Assembly: GCA_040954595.2 (NCBI GenBank)
Contig: CM082592.2
Coordinates: 11,106,017 to 11,170,016, forward strand
DNA: 64,000 bases
Source of the DNA: Balanoglossus misakiensis
Lineage: Eukaryota; Animalia; Hemichordata
Direction: 5' to 3'
In this document: positions 11,470-35,100 of the stretch, piece by piece
Layout: each line of letters begins with the position of its first letter
How positions within the stretch are numbered: position 1 is the stretch's first letter
Made by a program: the position numbers and the translations under genes
The notes under the pieces: model-generated
Told to the model about the DNA's origin: nothing
The model's input: the letters and a program-made list of their open reading frames with translations, nothing else
Databases searched by the model: none

Positions 11470-14400
11470 TCACACCATTTTGGCAAAACTACTGAGTTCC
11501 GATGGTTTGTGTATCCATTCACCGTATCCTTTCAACCTCAAGTGATTCATCAATTCTGTCTTGCTTCTCTGGTAATACTTGCACTGCGCCTGAAAAAAGG
11601 ACAGAGGTGAATATTAGACCCATCAGCTGCAACTCTGCGATACCTGAAATATAAAATTTTTTCCTGGATTGTCTCCATGGTCTATGCATAAATTTCACAT
11701 ATTTCACTCCAAGAATTATCTCAACACATAGTTGAAACAGATTCTGTATGAACATGACACCCACCTTGGCCTGGTAGTATGTACTGGCATAGAGCAAGTC
11801 GTGTCGGTCTGCCTTCTGACACAGTTCTTGGAATCGACCGCAATAGAACGCCAACTTGCAGAGTCTGCTTGCACCACTGGGTCCCGATCTGAATGGTGAG
11901 CTGATCAACAGAAATAGAGCGCAATTCATTTGACAAGCAGGTTTCACTTGGATTTGTGAAAACGTTATTACAAATTTAAGAGGAAATATTCCAACTGAGT
12001 ACCCAGCATTGAAATTACACTGGGGAACATCCAATACACATTACATGATCATCCAGCCAGTGGCAAATGTTCACCACACTGTATTGTCCTAACATCTACC
12101 TAATGTCCTGACCATTACCTGTCACTACATTTGCCAGTACTGCAGTCCACCACTTCATACTGCGTATCTCCAAAAGACCAGTTGATGCTGGCCATCTCAT
12201 CCTCTTCTACGGCTGTGCTGAGTGACACTGCAGTGCTTGTACGTCCAAGTAATGGATGGTTTAGATGAAATCCTTGCATGGACTCGGCCACTCTGTCATC
12301 CACTCTGCAACACACAGCTCTGCACAGATGACCATGATCATACTGATTGCCTGCAAGAAACATTTCACACACATACTGGTAAGCTGAATTCAAGCTGCCA
12401 CTGACAGTTTCAAGATGGTGTCTTGTCATGGTTGAGCGACATTTTTGGACAAAACTATAAGAATATATGGAGCATGGACACTCACCAAGTGTAACTGATG
12501 ACAGATAAACTGGATCCAGGAAGTAACTCAGCAATGACCCTTGAAGTCCAAGTACATTCCACATCAACAGCTTATCACTGCAAGACATGCTGTACAAGGT
12601 GCCCTGAAATTCACCACACAGAATCAGCTTTTATTGAGAACTCTTCACAGAATGAATCACAACCTGATTGTCAGCGTTCCAAATGTTTCCAGCTTGCTAA
12701 AATAAAATTAAATGGAATAGTACCAACTATTTACTTACCCCTTCGTTGATAGATTCCCAAGTTTGTATCATCTGCGCACTCAACTCACATGGGCCTGATG
12801 GATAAACAAGTAGATGGTATCACATTTTTGAAGTGGGTAATAAACATAATCTCTACAATTTTATTTTTTAAAGACGTCTCCAATCCGATCTATTTATTGT
12901 AGTCTTACCATAATGAGATGTAACAGCAAGATGTCCCTGTCCAGACAGTGCATTGATGATGGGATAGTGAGTACCACTTGACATGAATTCAACCTCCAGG
13001 TCTGTCATAGGTTGCTTACTACTGTTTCTGTAATATCCATGAAAAATAAGTTCTATCAATGCAAACATTTCAGGGAAAAGACTGTATATTCACCAATGGA
13101 ATGCATTGCAATCACAGTTGCAAATGACAGAATGCATTTCACAAGGCAAACAAAGAGTTGTCTTCCACACTGTACATCTAAAACAGATATTGAGGAAGTG
13201 TACAAAATCTTGGAAGACTTAACCACCACCACGTAAAAATATTGTCTTATAGTTTTACCTTGGTGTATGCAAGGCTGCATCTCCGCATGGTGCTGTGTTG
13301 AGATACAGATGAAAGGTGACATTTTTCTTGATACTCAAAAGAGAACTGCTACCAACACTCTCAAAGATGTTGTCAGACAGATTGCCATCATAGTAGGATT
13401 TCAACTGTCTGTACAGAAATCTACATTAAAAAGAAAACACTGAAGGTTAGTGCAACTGTACATTTCATGCACTGTGTGCTGTAACAGCAACAGTCTATTC
13501 CTCCAAGAGATTTGATAATAATGCCATAGAAAACAACTGGGTTAAACCAATCTTAATCATGAAATGGGTGGGTAACACATCAACTGTAAATGCTCATGAT
13601 GTACTTTACACATCACCCACCTCTGGAATGACCGTTTAGCGACCACCAGGCCATGACAATTGAGAAGACATCGACCATCCATAGTAACACCCTTGCTTGG
13701 AATGCAACCACCACCAGTTCCAATGCTTACCACTTCACCCATGTCATTGTCACCTGCATAAGGCAAAGGCAACAGTACTCATCTGTTTCCCCAATACATA
13801 CCTTCACCATTTGGTCAATCTACTTGCTTTCATCACTTACTCAAGTAAGTATTTGAAGTTCTAGCTCACATGGAAAATCTATGTGAAAACGATGATCATC
13901 GTGAAGAGTTCTACTAAAATGTTACTTACCCATCTTCATGACAAAAACAGCAAGACTGGGTCTTTTCAGAATGTCCTGTCCTCCAGGGAACGGCATGCTA
14001 AGCATCTGAAAGTTGAAGCAAACTGTAGCTATCTGATCGGGCAACAGCAGGTCTGCCAGTGGATTCGCTGGTGGTTCTTCCTTGGTGAATGTAGGTTGGA
14101 TGTCACCCTCATACATACCACTGGGTACGGCTTGGTTGGAATCTGCATACTGCAGACGTAGATTCACTTTACCCCATGCGTTTGCTGGTTGTATGCTTGT
14201 TTCTGTCTTAACATAGCTGCCTGGTGCTTGGGGAACATTGGGTCTTCCGTAACCCATACTAGGCAGATCCCCTCTCGCACCACTCTTCTTGACTAGTTGG
14301 TTTGGTTTCAGACTCTGCTTTGGAAGAAACATGCTCTGTGAACTGGGATTCACTGCTTGGGATGACTGCAGGAGATGTCCCCTGCCAAAGCCCAGTGGTT

Positions 14401-15509
14401 TGCTTGAACTACCAGCACCTAGAACCACTACAGTCTTCCCTGGATCTCTGCTCACTTGCAGGTTATCTGCAGCTGTGGACTTGGCAGGGAACGACTGCTG
14501 GGAAGAAGCTGCTGTCTGGGACTGACCTTGTTGCCATGGCTTGGATTTACTTGCAGTGCCAGTCTCAGCAACATGAAGGCCAGGAATGACCTTCGGTTTT
14601 TCGTCTTCCAAACCTTCCGGAGTAAAGAATTGCTTGTTGATCACTGGATACGCAGTAGGCATTGGCTCATTCAACTGAAAGTGGCCACTTTTCCCAGTTG
14701 GCATGATGGTGTCTGCTGCTGGCTCATATCTGAATGGATCTCTATCGGGAACAACGATGGCACGTCCCAGGGAATCATAAATCACATTTCCTTTCTGTAC
14801 AACTTCTTCATCCACACCCAACAAGTCAGTCAAGGCAATTTTGGCCGCATTACTTTTTGCTTCTTTCTTTGTTTTTCCTGTTCCTAGAGGAAAAATAATG
14901 CAATCATATTCATCACTTGAAGTTTGAATATCATCACAGTGAGAAAATCTACATCAGTGACTTACCATGTAAAGGAAGAAGCCAAAATATTATCAGATAT
15001 CGATGACTCTTACCTTGCCTGTGTCTTTCTCCATTAGTTATGGCGACGTATGCAAATGTGTGAAACAAGACTGTTTTCTCTCGCACCATATCTTCCTCGT
15101 ATTTAATGTTGATTCTTCTCATCTGACAGAACTCATTCAAAGCACTAGCTGCATTCTTCGTTCCTGACAGAAACTTATCGATCAGCTCCTTTGGTATTTT
15201 CTTTGGGGCCTTGTTTATGACAAGGACAAGCCTTCCTTGCTGAGTGTCATCCAGCTGCTCTGGCCGTGGGGATGGCTGTACTAGGATCTGAGGTTTAACC
15301 ATAGGTGGCCCCACAGCAGCAGCATAGCTGCGTCCGACACCAGTCTGGGGTACACTCTGTTGCTGTAAGTTAACAGCCAGTTGTCTGGGAAGCTGTTGAC
15401 CTTGCATGACCTGGGGTATGCTGCGTGGCAAGCGAAGACTGTCACCTCCAACTGACTGGCTCTTACTGATTTGATAAAAGGCATCTTTGCTGATGCTTTG
15501 CTTAGCCAT
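11470..15509 (-). CDS. ADAD: Adenosine deaminase domain-containing protein (ADAD1/2-like): one dsRBD plus an ADAR-like domain lacking the catalytic Glu
   Basis: Exons 15509-15014, 14883-13930, 13753-13621, 13420-13259, 13027-12909, 12794-12739, 12603-12486, 12350-12119, 11888-11765, 11589-11470. The dsRBD reads [12 protein letters not shown]...[18 protein letters not shown]. Deaminase motifs are [57 protein letters not shown] and YGEWIHKP. Confidence 0.88.
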
Positions 15510-17072
15510 CTTTTTCTGTTGAAATAGAACAATACCCCTAAAAACTTAGTACAGTAACATTTTCAAAGGAATGCAAGGATTGATTTCATATGTACGTGAC
15601 CAGTTGTTCTCTCTAAAATAGTATCAACATCTTGGACAATCACATCCTCATTAGCCAATGTTTCTTTTCTTTCCTTTTCTTTGTAATAATTTTATCTGCT
15701 TTCAAAACTAACATATTAAGCGTTGGAAGCGGACAACACACGGCTAGATACTAGACCACGACCAGACTGGTCACGTGTGGGGGGGATGATGCTAAGTGTG
15801 ATGATCTGGAACTTGGTGATGAAATTCACACTCGTACCTCTGTCAACTAAAATAACTTGTTCATTGGATAAAATACAAGTTCATAAGCCTTACCTTACGG
15901 CAGAATGTTCTTCAACACAACGACTCAACGCACAATACAAGCAACTTTACTTTCGATACAACTTCCTAAAGATGATGAGCACGCGAAACATCACTAAACT
16001 TCCGCATTGCGTTGTCCTCGAACAAATCAACATTTGTGTTTAATTGACACTGGATTTAAATTAACTTATAAGTGGCGCTACGTACAGCTAATGCATAGTT
16101 TAGCATTAAAATTCCCATATTTATTAAACCACAAACGACTTCATTTGCATCGTTCAATAGGAGCAACGTGGTTATCCAGCAAAATGTTTGAACGAGGATG
16201 TGAGCGACCGAGGGCGCTGATTGTGTATTGTTCTAACGCGGACAAGATGGGGGCAAAGTTTGTCCAGGGGTACTGTACTTTGATGGAAATAAGGACCCCA
16301 GACTGCAAACTAAAAGAAAAAAAGAACAAGATACACATATGTGAAGATCAAACGATTGCATTTATTATTTAAATCTGCTATATGGTGGCAGTTAATATAG
16401 TAAACAAAGATGGCGTTGACTACATGTCTTTCATAAAAGAGAAAGAGAGTTGACAGGACAGGAAGCATGAAAATAATTAATCTATTGAATGAAAACTTGA
16501 CTCATCAATTGAAAACTGAAATTGAAACAGTTTTTGCGAATTCCACACCACAAGTTATACATACCACCTCACATATCTCATTCAAATGCTTCTTTGATTT
16601 CACTCTGAAGACTAAGACTATATCTCATACAAAAGCTTATCTTCGAAAAAAGTGTCTAATCAGATTGCACACGTATATTTAAAGTATCACTATAAAACAA
16701 AAACAAAGAGTGGGTAAAAATGAACTTATCTTGCACAAACTAGATAAACCCTAATCAAAATTCCAAATATGAATATGGTCAAATGATAAGATTTCAAGTA
16801 TTCAATTTGGTAGAAGATACGATTGTGTTTGATACTGTTTTATTCCCCATGGCAGTAGCTTGATATTCTGTTACACTGAATCATGTCTCAACTTCCAAAT
16901 AGCAGTAATCAACATGCAATCTACTGTACAGTACGACTTAAGTTTTCTTGGCAGTGAAGCAGCTGTATCAAATGTAGAAAAATATCAAAAGTGATTTCAC
17001 GTCCAAACAAAAATACATTCTGTGTTCTGGGCAATGTAGTGGCAGTGATATGCTAGAAAGTTCTGTTTTTGT

Positions 17073-27360
<10,288 letters not shown>

Positions 27361-27712
27361 CTTGGCCGTATTGTCTGGGAGGAAATGTTTACAAGGAAAA
27401 GAAACTTGTTAAGTTATATATTGTAGTAGGGAATTGATACATATAGTAAAATGTCCCATCCAAATATTATCTGATCATATGTACATATTCATCACATTTC
27501 AAACTTATCTGCACTGATAAAGACACAACGGAAACGGAGTCTGCAGTCTTAATATATTCAAAATTGATGATCACCATTCTAGCAGGCGCGTAGGATAAAC
27601 ATAATAGCTTACCTTACACTGTGTGATTTCAAATCCAACTCTTTGTATGACAAGAAAAACTTTAATTGTGATGATGAGTGCTCATTCACACCTCCGCCAT
27701 ACCTGTGTACAT

Positions 27713-27760
27713 TTCAAAATGGGCGCCTGTCAGGTGGTATACTTCCCTACTTGTGATTGG
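27713..27760 (-). promoter_or_regulatory. CCAAT box plus CDE/CHR cell-cycle element in the CIT promoter
   Basis: The minus strand reads CCAAT (27760-27756), then AGGCGC (27728-27723), a 4-nt spacer CCAT, and TTTGAA (27718-27713). This lies just upstream of the CIT non-coding first exon (donor near 27612). Confidence 0.6.
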
Positions 27761-28687
27761 TCAATATCTGACGCAGCTGGTGGTTGTTTGGCCGAGCTCT
27801 GCGGTCATCTGTTTTCGAAACCTTGAATGACCTTTTCCATTCAGCCGCGGTCATAACCGTGATTCCAGCTCTCCTGGCCAATATAAACTACAAATAAACA
27901 TAAACTACAAATGGCCAGTTCATTAAATTGTCAACATTCCGTTTTAGATATGTGTTGGAAGCTACAAACGGTAGCATATACTTTTATTTTGCTAGAATAG
28001 ATTAGAGTTTCGATCGTTTCAGCTCATTGAATATAAGCCAATAAGATTTGGTTTTATATACAATGCCGCTTTCCTAATAATTCTACCAATCATCTCCATT
28101 GTAGCAAGGATCGTATAAGCGTCATCAGCCTCCGTAAAAAAACACTATTTTCGCAGTTTTATATTTCACGGGTGATGGTGAGCTGTAAGTGGTTGTAAGT
28201 GCTGTGAAAATCGGCGTATTTGATGTTTTGCTTAAAATTCCACGTTCATTGTTATCCAAATGTTCTGCTTGTTTATCATGATCACTGATGATGAGTAATC
28301 GATCCGCGGGAATCCAACGTGTATGTGTAAACAACACACGTAGCGAGAGACACTGTAATTGTTTGTGGCATGGCATTTGACACCTTCATCATTTCTATTG
28401 TCTAAATACTTAAGTATGTAACGTGATAGCGGAACGTGAATTTAGGAGACACGTGTTAGATTCATGTTTCGCAGTTTTCGTGGAAAAATAACAGTAGTTT
28501 CTTCAGGAAGTAATTTCGCTTGGAAAACTGAAATTTGAACCACCGGCTCGGCGAGTGTAACGCGTACGCGCGGTGCAACGTACATAAAGTGGCAACGTGT
28601 CCCTGATGAATTGAAAACAGGAATCTTAAAACGTTGAAAAACATCCTGAACTGCAGAATCCATCACCCGGAGAGCGAAAACGGAGAA

Positions 28688-29094
28688 ATGTCTTATTCCG
28701 ACGAGGAACATTGTGGCGGGTTTGGTTCCGAACGCTATCGCATCGATTCGCCGGTAGAGACTTCGGACTACCACAGTTACTCGATGTACAGCATGGATGA
28801 CGAAGACCACGGCGCGACGGGAATTTTCAGCGGTAGCGAAGTTGAAGATGACGGCGGGGGACAGGGCGAGGATCCGGATGAGGATGACGTGTACTCACAG
28901 CTCGCACAAAAAGATAAAGACCTCATACTTGCTGCAGAACTTGGAAAAGCATTGCTTGAGAGAAATGAGGAATTGTCCAGAAAACACGAACAGTTGCAGC
29001 AAGAATACACTGAACGATTAGAGGTAAATATGAAAAACGGTGATGATGATCATGATGATGATGATCATCATCATCACCATCATCATCATCATCG

Positions 29095-29128
<34 letters not shown>

Positions 29129-32100
29129 TATCATCATCATCATCATCATCATCATCTAGGTTGTCCAAAACACAGTTTTACTGTTTTATGTAAGGTGTTT
29201 TGTGATGTAAGTAATATATCTGCATTTTGCAAGATCAATGATGAGTTGCTATTGGCAACAATTTGGTCCGAAATTTGGAGGAAAAAACTTGTTTGGTTGT
29301 TGTGATGCCAAAGGTTCATTCACTCTATGAAACAGTCCTCATGCACATTACATGCAGGTTTCTTGCAATGTGACACAAAGGTAAACAGACATCGATGCAA
29401 ATGACACCCCAATTTGTTTCTAACAAACTGGATGTTCATCATAATGGGAAAGTAGGCAAAATATGACACCCAATATACAAAAAAAATGATACTAGTCTCA
29501 CATGAATAGTTAACAACAAAATCTGATTGGCAGGGAGTGTCAATACAGTCAACATATTAACTATGCTGGTATCTTCCAACACACAATGGCATAATTTGTC
29601 ACATTTCCCATTATCAAACCACACACAATGGAAGTCCATGATAGTTTGAAGTTATAGCAGTAATTGGATTATGAAATCATACAAGTACCTGGATGACAAC
29701 ATTCAGGACATGATAATTGTTGTAAAATAGTCTATGAAATGTTTATCTAAATGTGGGTTTGTACCGGTATATTGCACCATAGGTTAATAAACAAGAAAAT
29801 GTTTATTGAATGGTCCCTGGAAAAGGAAAAGGACAATTTTATGGGGAAAAGTTTACTTTGTTTCCTGGTGATCATATTTCATGGATAAATGGACGGTCAT
29901 GAGTATTTTGACTAGATTTAGGTGGAGCTACATGTAATTGAGTTATGAGGAAGTGTTTGTCCAATAGTTTCTGGTAATTCCATGGAAAAGATCATTCCCA
30001 TTCCCTCTCTCCCATGAAAGCAGTGATTTTAAAGCTTTGACCAGTGTGTGTGTACACTAATCGCTGAAAGGAAGCAGCATGTCAATGAAAATTGGAAGAG
30101 ACTTCACAGCTTGCTTGTCCTGTTCTTTACTGCATGGGTAATAATGTTTGACAGCATACAGGGCATTTTGACTGCATAATAGCAATCCAGACTATCAAGG
30201 AGATCAAATGAAGGTAGTGTCTGTAGCCTCGCTGACACACATTATGAGGTCATGACCTAAGTTACCATGCCAACAAGCATTTTGAACAAAAAGTCTAGTG
30301 GGACACTGCAGGACGACTTAGAATACCAAGTGTCTTTTAAAATAGTCTATTCTAAAATTCAGAAAAAAACCCATTACATGGTGTCTATTTTGGGTCTACT
30401 CGCTCAATCTTCATAGCTGTAATACTCCAGGTACGCAGTGCTTTGTGTATGATCTGTATTTCTAAACATAGATATTGAGTCATCACGGTGAACCAAATGG
30501 TGAAATGTTGATGATATTAAAGTGTGACATCATCAGGAATTGATAACAAGAACTGACCCCTAATGATGATGTTCTGAAGGAGAATTTTACAGATTCTCGA
30601 CTCTTCAAAAAATATGTTGACACTGCATACAGATCTGCCGTTTACAGTCCCCTCTGCACATGACCTGAAAGTAAACATGATGTGTTCGTGTTGATTTTGA
30701 ATCAACTTCATCTGTAAAAGATTGTGTCACATCTTGATTTTGCCCATAACCGTATCAACAGAGGTGTGTCCACACTGCACTGGATGAGTCAACAGAAATT
30801 CTGCGCCATCCTATGTTTGATGCAAACTATATTCAGATTAACAAGAACGATTCTAATCAATTTAGTATATTATCAATTATCAACACAATAACACAGTCCA
30901 ACCTTTTGTCTGGATAAAAAATGTGTTGATTTGTATAATTGCCATTTAATTTTACCGAGGGATTTTTTGTTTCTTGTTGCTATGGAAGCCCTTTTGATAA
31001 AAAGAGAAGTGGTCAGAAGTATCATTTCAGTTGTCAATTATGCAGAACCAGTAAAACAAATATTCATGGAAAATTCCACGCAATTTGCCATCTGTGCTTT
31101 TTTTTTTTACAACAAATGATTATTTTGTGCCTCTATGTATTAAGAAAGATATCATCTTCATGTAAAACCTACCATTAAGCTGTCAACTGTCTTATAAAAT
31201 GTGGGAGTGGTCGATTACCCTTTGGTAGTGTAAGAGGATAATGTCACGTAAGCCCCTGCTTTTTGGCACGTATTACAAAGTTCACATAAAACTGGAATAT
31301 TAGTTTGTGATGTATTGCAGGAAACCAAATATAATATTGGTTAATATTTCTGTGAAAATTCTTTTTGATGTCTATATAAAAGCATCCCCATTTCTCTCCC
31401 TCCCTGGTAATACTTATTCAGCTAATTTGTACAGATCATCTGTGAGCAAAACATTACTGTTTGTCATTCCAAAGTCAGACTGACGGGGCTTTGTAAAATC
31501 TGTTGGATTTTCAACCCCAGATGTAGACGCATGCAGACATATTGTGTTGAAATAGAATAGGATTTACACCTAAAAGTTGAACTATTTACCAATGCAAATA
31601 AAAGCGAGTACCTCATTGTAAATTGCAACAGCTGTTTAATAAACATCACATGTTCAGAATAATATTTTTACGTAAACAGTGACCGTATGAATATATTACT
31701 GATGCAATCATGTCTGTTGGAATAATTTTCCGAAAATACAGAAAAGTTGTATTTCTAAATAAAACTGCTGTTGTATATACTGGACATGTTTTCCTTAGCG
31801 TAACTGGGTTTTGTTATAATAGATTCACGTTATTCTATGAAGCAAATTTTATTCGTAAACAACCTCTGCAAAGATCTCTTACGCCGTGGCTTATAAAATG
31901 CTCTGGTTACTGCATTATTTTCTTGAGTATAATTCTGCATTCAGAGCCATATCGATTTCAAAGCATCCATACGATTATGTCCAGGTATGCATACATAATT
32001 GAAATAGATTTTTATTATAATGAAGCCAGTACTCAATTTGTTTGTGTCAAGGTAATTGATTATTTTCAGTCTCCATGCACAGTTTAGGTCAGTATGAATT

Positions 32101-35100
32101 TTTAAAATTGAATCATGGCTGGGCACATAAGGACAAATTGTACAAATAAATATATCTGCAAGGACAGTAAACTAAGTGAATAAATATGACACATTTGATG
32201 TTGGTGATTGCTCAAGGCCACTCTATAACTGCCCTGTTATTTTGCTATTAATAAAATACACAGAGAGAACTGCATCCCTAACAAAGTGATGCAGCAAGTC
32301 ATGTGACTGGTATGATCCAAAAATACAGCTCACATGTCAAAAACATGTGACAGGTTATACACATCTTTTTTTAATGCTGAAGACAGTGACAGATGATCCA
32401 TCGGGATCTGACAGTATTATCCAGATGAAATCGATTGAAACGTTGAATTGCAACATTGATAAAAGGACATGTAGAATATATTAACGGAATCTTCATAAAT
32501 GAATTCCATCTTCATGCTGTGTATCATTTCTTTCACACAGAACATCAAAAAATTTCATCAACTTTCTCAGAAGACAATTTTATAGTAAGAAGCCATTGAA
32601 GTTTTACGAGTTTATTGTGGAATTTCATGTTTTAGTCTGCAGATATTTTTCTGCTGTATTTTTGGACTACAAAATGTAAATGTGTGCTCTCTGAACATCC
32701 CTGGGGTGAATTACATGTATATTTATGATAATTTGATGTGGCTGAAACTGGGTACCTGGATAGCCTGTCACGTACTTCCATCTTTTCATTTCAGATGAAA
32801 AATCGTGAATAGCTTACAGAGAACCATTCAAACGCAGTCAACAGAAACGTCTAAACTCTGCCAGAGGCGTTTGCATATAAAATACATTGAGGTTTCGGTT
32901 ACAAAGGAATATGTGTTGAATATGCATACTGCTGGCATTGCCTGTGCATTTCATCATCGTAGATCATAGCGGGCTATACCCAGTGATATGAGCTTTAGGT
33001 TGGAGGCAGCCCAACTCAAAAAACGAAAAATAAAATTGATTACGATAACACCATTGAAAACTAAAATTAAGCATGGCTGCTTAGCTGTGATACTTTGCGT
33101 ACGTGAATAAAAGGCGTATTTGTCCGCCGGCACAAAATAATCCTTGTTTTTCTCTGAGCTTTAAATCTTGTATGCCGTCAACAGTCCAGCCATTCATAAG
33201 GAGAACAAAACTCCACAGGGTACTGTATAGACTTTCCAATGCACCTCAGTGCATGAACTTTTTTGTTCTGATGATGTTGTGCAAAGCCTTGAAAACTGAA
33301 TGAAAACACCACAAAAGAGAAAAATCCAACCATATTTTCATCAATACAGCAACCATCCTCATCAAGAAAAAGACATAAAATAAAATGCGAATGACTTTTC
33401 TATTTGTATGTATTCCATCTGATCAGTATTCAGTGGTTGTGCCATTCCGAGAAAACTGTGACATTGACAAATTGGGGCTGAGCTACTGACGCTTTGCTGG
33501 GCTTTGACTTAATGTTTGTCTAGGCGGCCACATAGCTGTTCGTGTGAGAAAAGAAGAAATTGACATTTCGTTACCCGCGTTGTGACGCAGCTCAGAGCTC
33601 TCTTTGTGTGGCAATAATTGGCAGTGATGTTTCTGTATGAGTAGGCTGTATAGTGGTCTACCTTACTTCCGCCCCTCACTTACATCACTGAAAGGCAAGA
33701 AAGATTGCCTCAGAATAATCATGCAATAAAAGTGGACAAGCTTGCCCTCATTTATAACCGTTTTCTATCCGATCCCTCAAGGTCCCTCAAAATTCAATAA
33801 GACGATAACTCAATGAAGAATTGTAAATAACATGAAACTGAATGGGGAGAAATGCACAAGGATGATACTGCTTAATATAAATGTGTACATTTAGATCTGC
33901 AGTACAGCAATTTATTTGGGTCATTTGTATCGTCTTGATTTTATATAGACAACAATGTGTATGAGAAATCAGTGGGTTGCGTGGGAATATATCATTAACT
34001 GGGACAGCTCCCTGATGATTAGACTGAGAGCATGAACATGTACATACAAATGTATAGGTATCAATGAATTCATTCAGGTCACATGCATCTCATGAGCATC
34101 AGAATGTCTTTGGGTCATTGATAAACGTTGTTTGAATGGAAATTGGAGTGATTAGCAGAGAAATCTGATTAGCCAATCTAATCTGGGATGATAGTTTCTC
34201 TGATAGTGATAGCATTAGTGACAATGGATGGCGTAATTGTTGCACTGTAAGTAGATAGGCATTCTGTTCATCAGATCTTATTAGTCGGTTTGGCTGTAAT
34301 TGCAGTAATCGATAATCCTGCTAAGTCTCATTGGAACGGGAAAACACTTGGAATATTAGACTCTCACGTAGTTTGCTAACTCTAGTCTTGTTCTTGACTG
34401 CTACACACACATGAAGCTGAATTGAGATGCATAGATCAAATGTGGGAGTCAGTGAACATATACATTTTTAATGTAATCAGTAATTGGTTGATAAATATAA
34501 TATATGATGCTATCTTTGCCTTTCAGACATTGGAGCAAGAACGATATGAAATGAAGTTGAGATTAGAAACTATTGAAGGTCAGTGTGAAGGACGAATGAT
34601 GGATGTCCAGGGAGAGTTGATGAGATTACAGAAAGAATTAGAAGAGAGACAAGAGACATTGAGAGCAGGAGAGAAAGAGAAACAGCATGTTGTTCGTGAA
34701 CTCTCGGAGCAGAACCATCGATTGTCCTCACAGCTCCAACAGGTAAGGTCATCGCCATCCCATAATTTCTGGTGACTCGATTCAGTGGTCTTAAATGTCT
34801 CGTTCTCAAAATTGTCAATTGCAAAGTATTTTCTTGAGATATTGTCAATTGTGGATGGATTATCTTTCCATATTTAATAATATTTTTTTGCTTTCAGGCA
34901 ACTTCTACAGAGAGTGAGCTTGTTGACCAAATTCAGAAATTGCAACTTCAACTGAACGACAAAAAGTCATCAATGCATGACAACACGCATCTTTTGGAGA
35001 GACTGAGAGAAGAGGTAACTTTGTATTTAAATCACATAGGAAATGAAGTATGCATGTTCAATACATTGCTCGGACAGGAAATGGTGCTTATCAGATATGA

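Noticed and set aside
14289-14887. Several 78-143 aa plus-strand ORFs overlapping the large ADAD exon, and similar ones opposite CIT exons
   Set aside because: These are antisense shadows of real coding exons, with no recognisable motifs.
28634-29305. 223-aa ORF with a long poly-His tract, and the antisense poly-Asp ORF at 28923-29168
   Set aside because: The real exon ends at a strong donor (GAG|gtaaat, 29023) in phase with exon 2. The His and Asp runs are translations of an intronic microsatellite.
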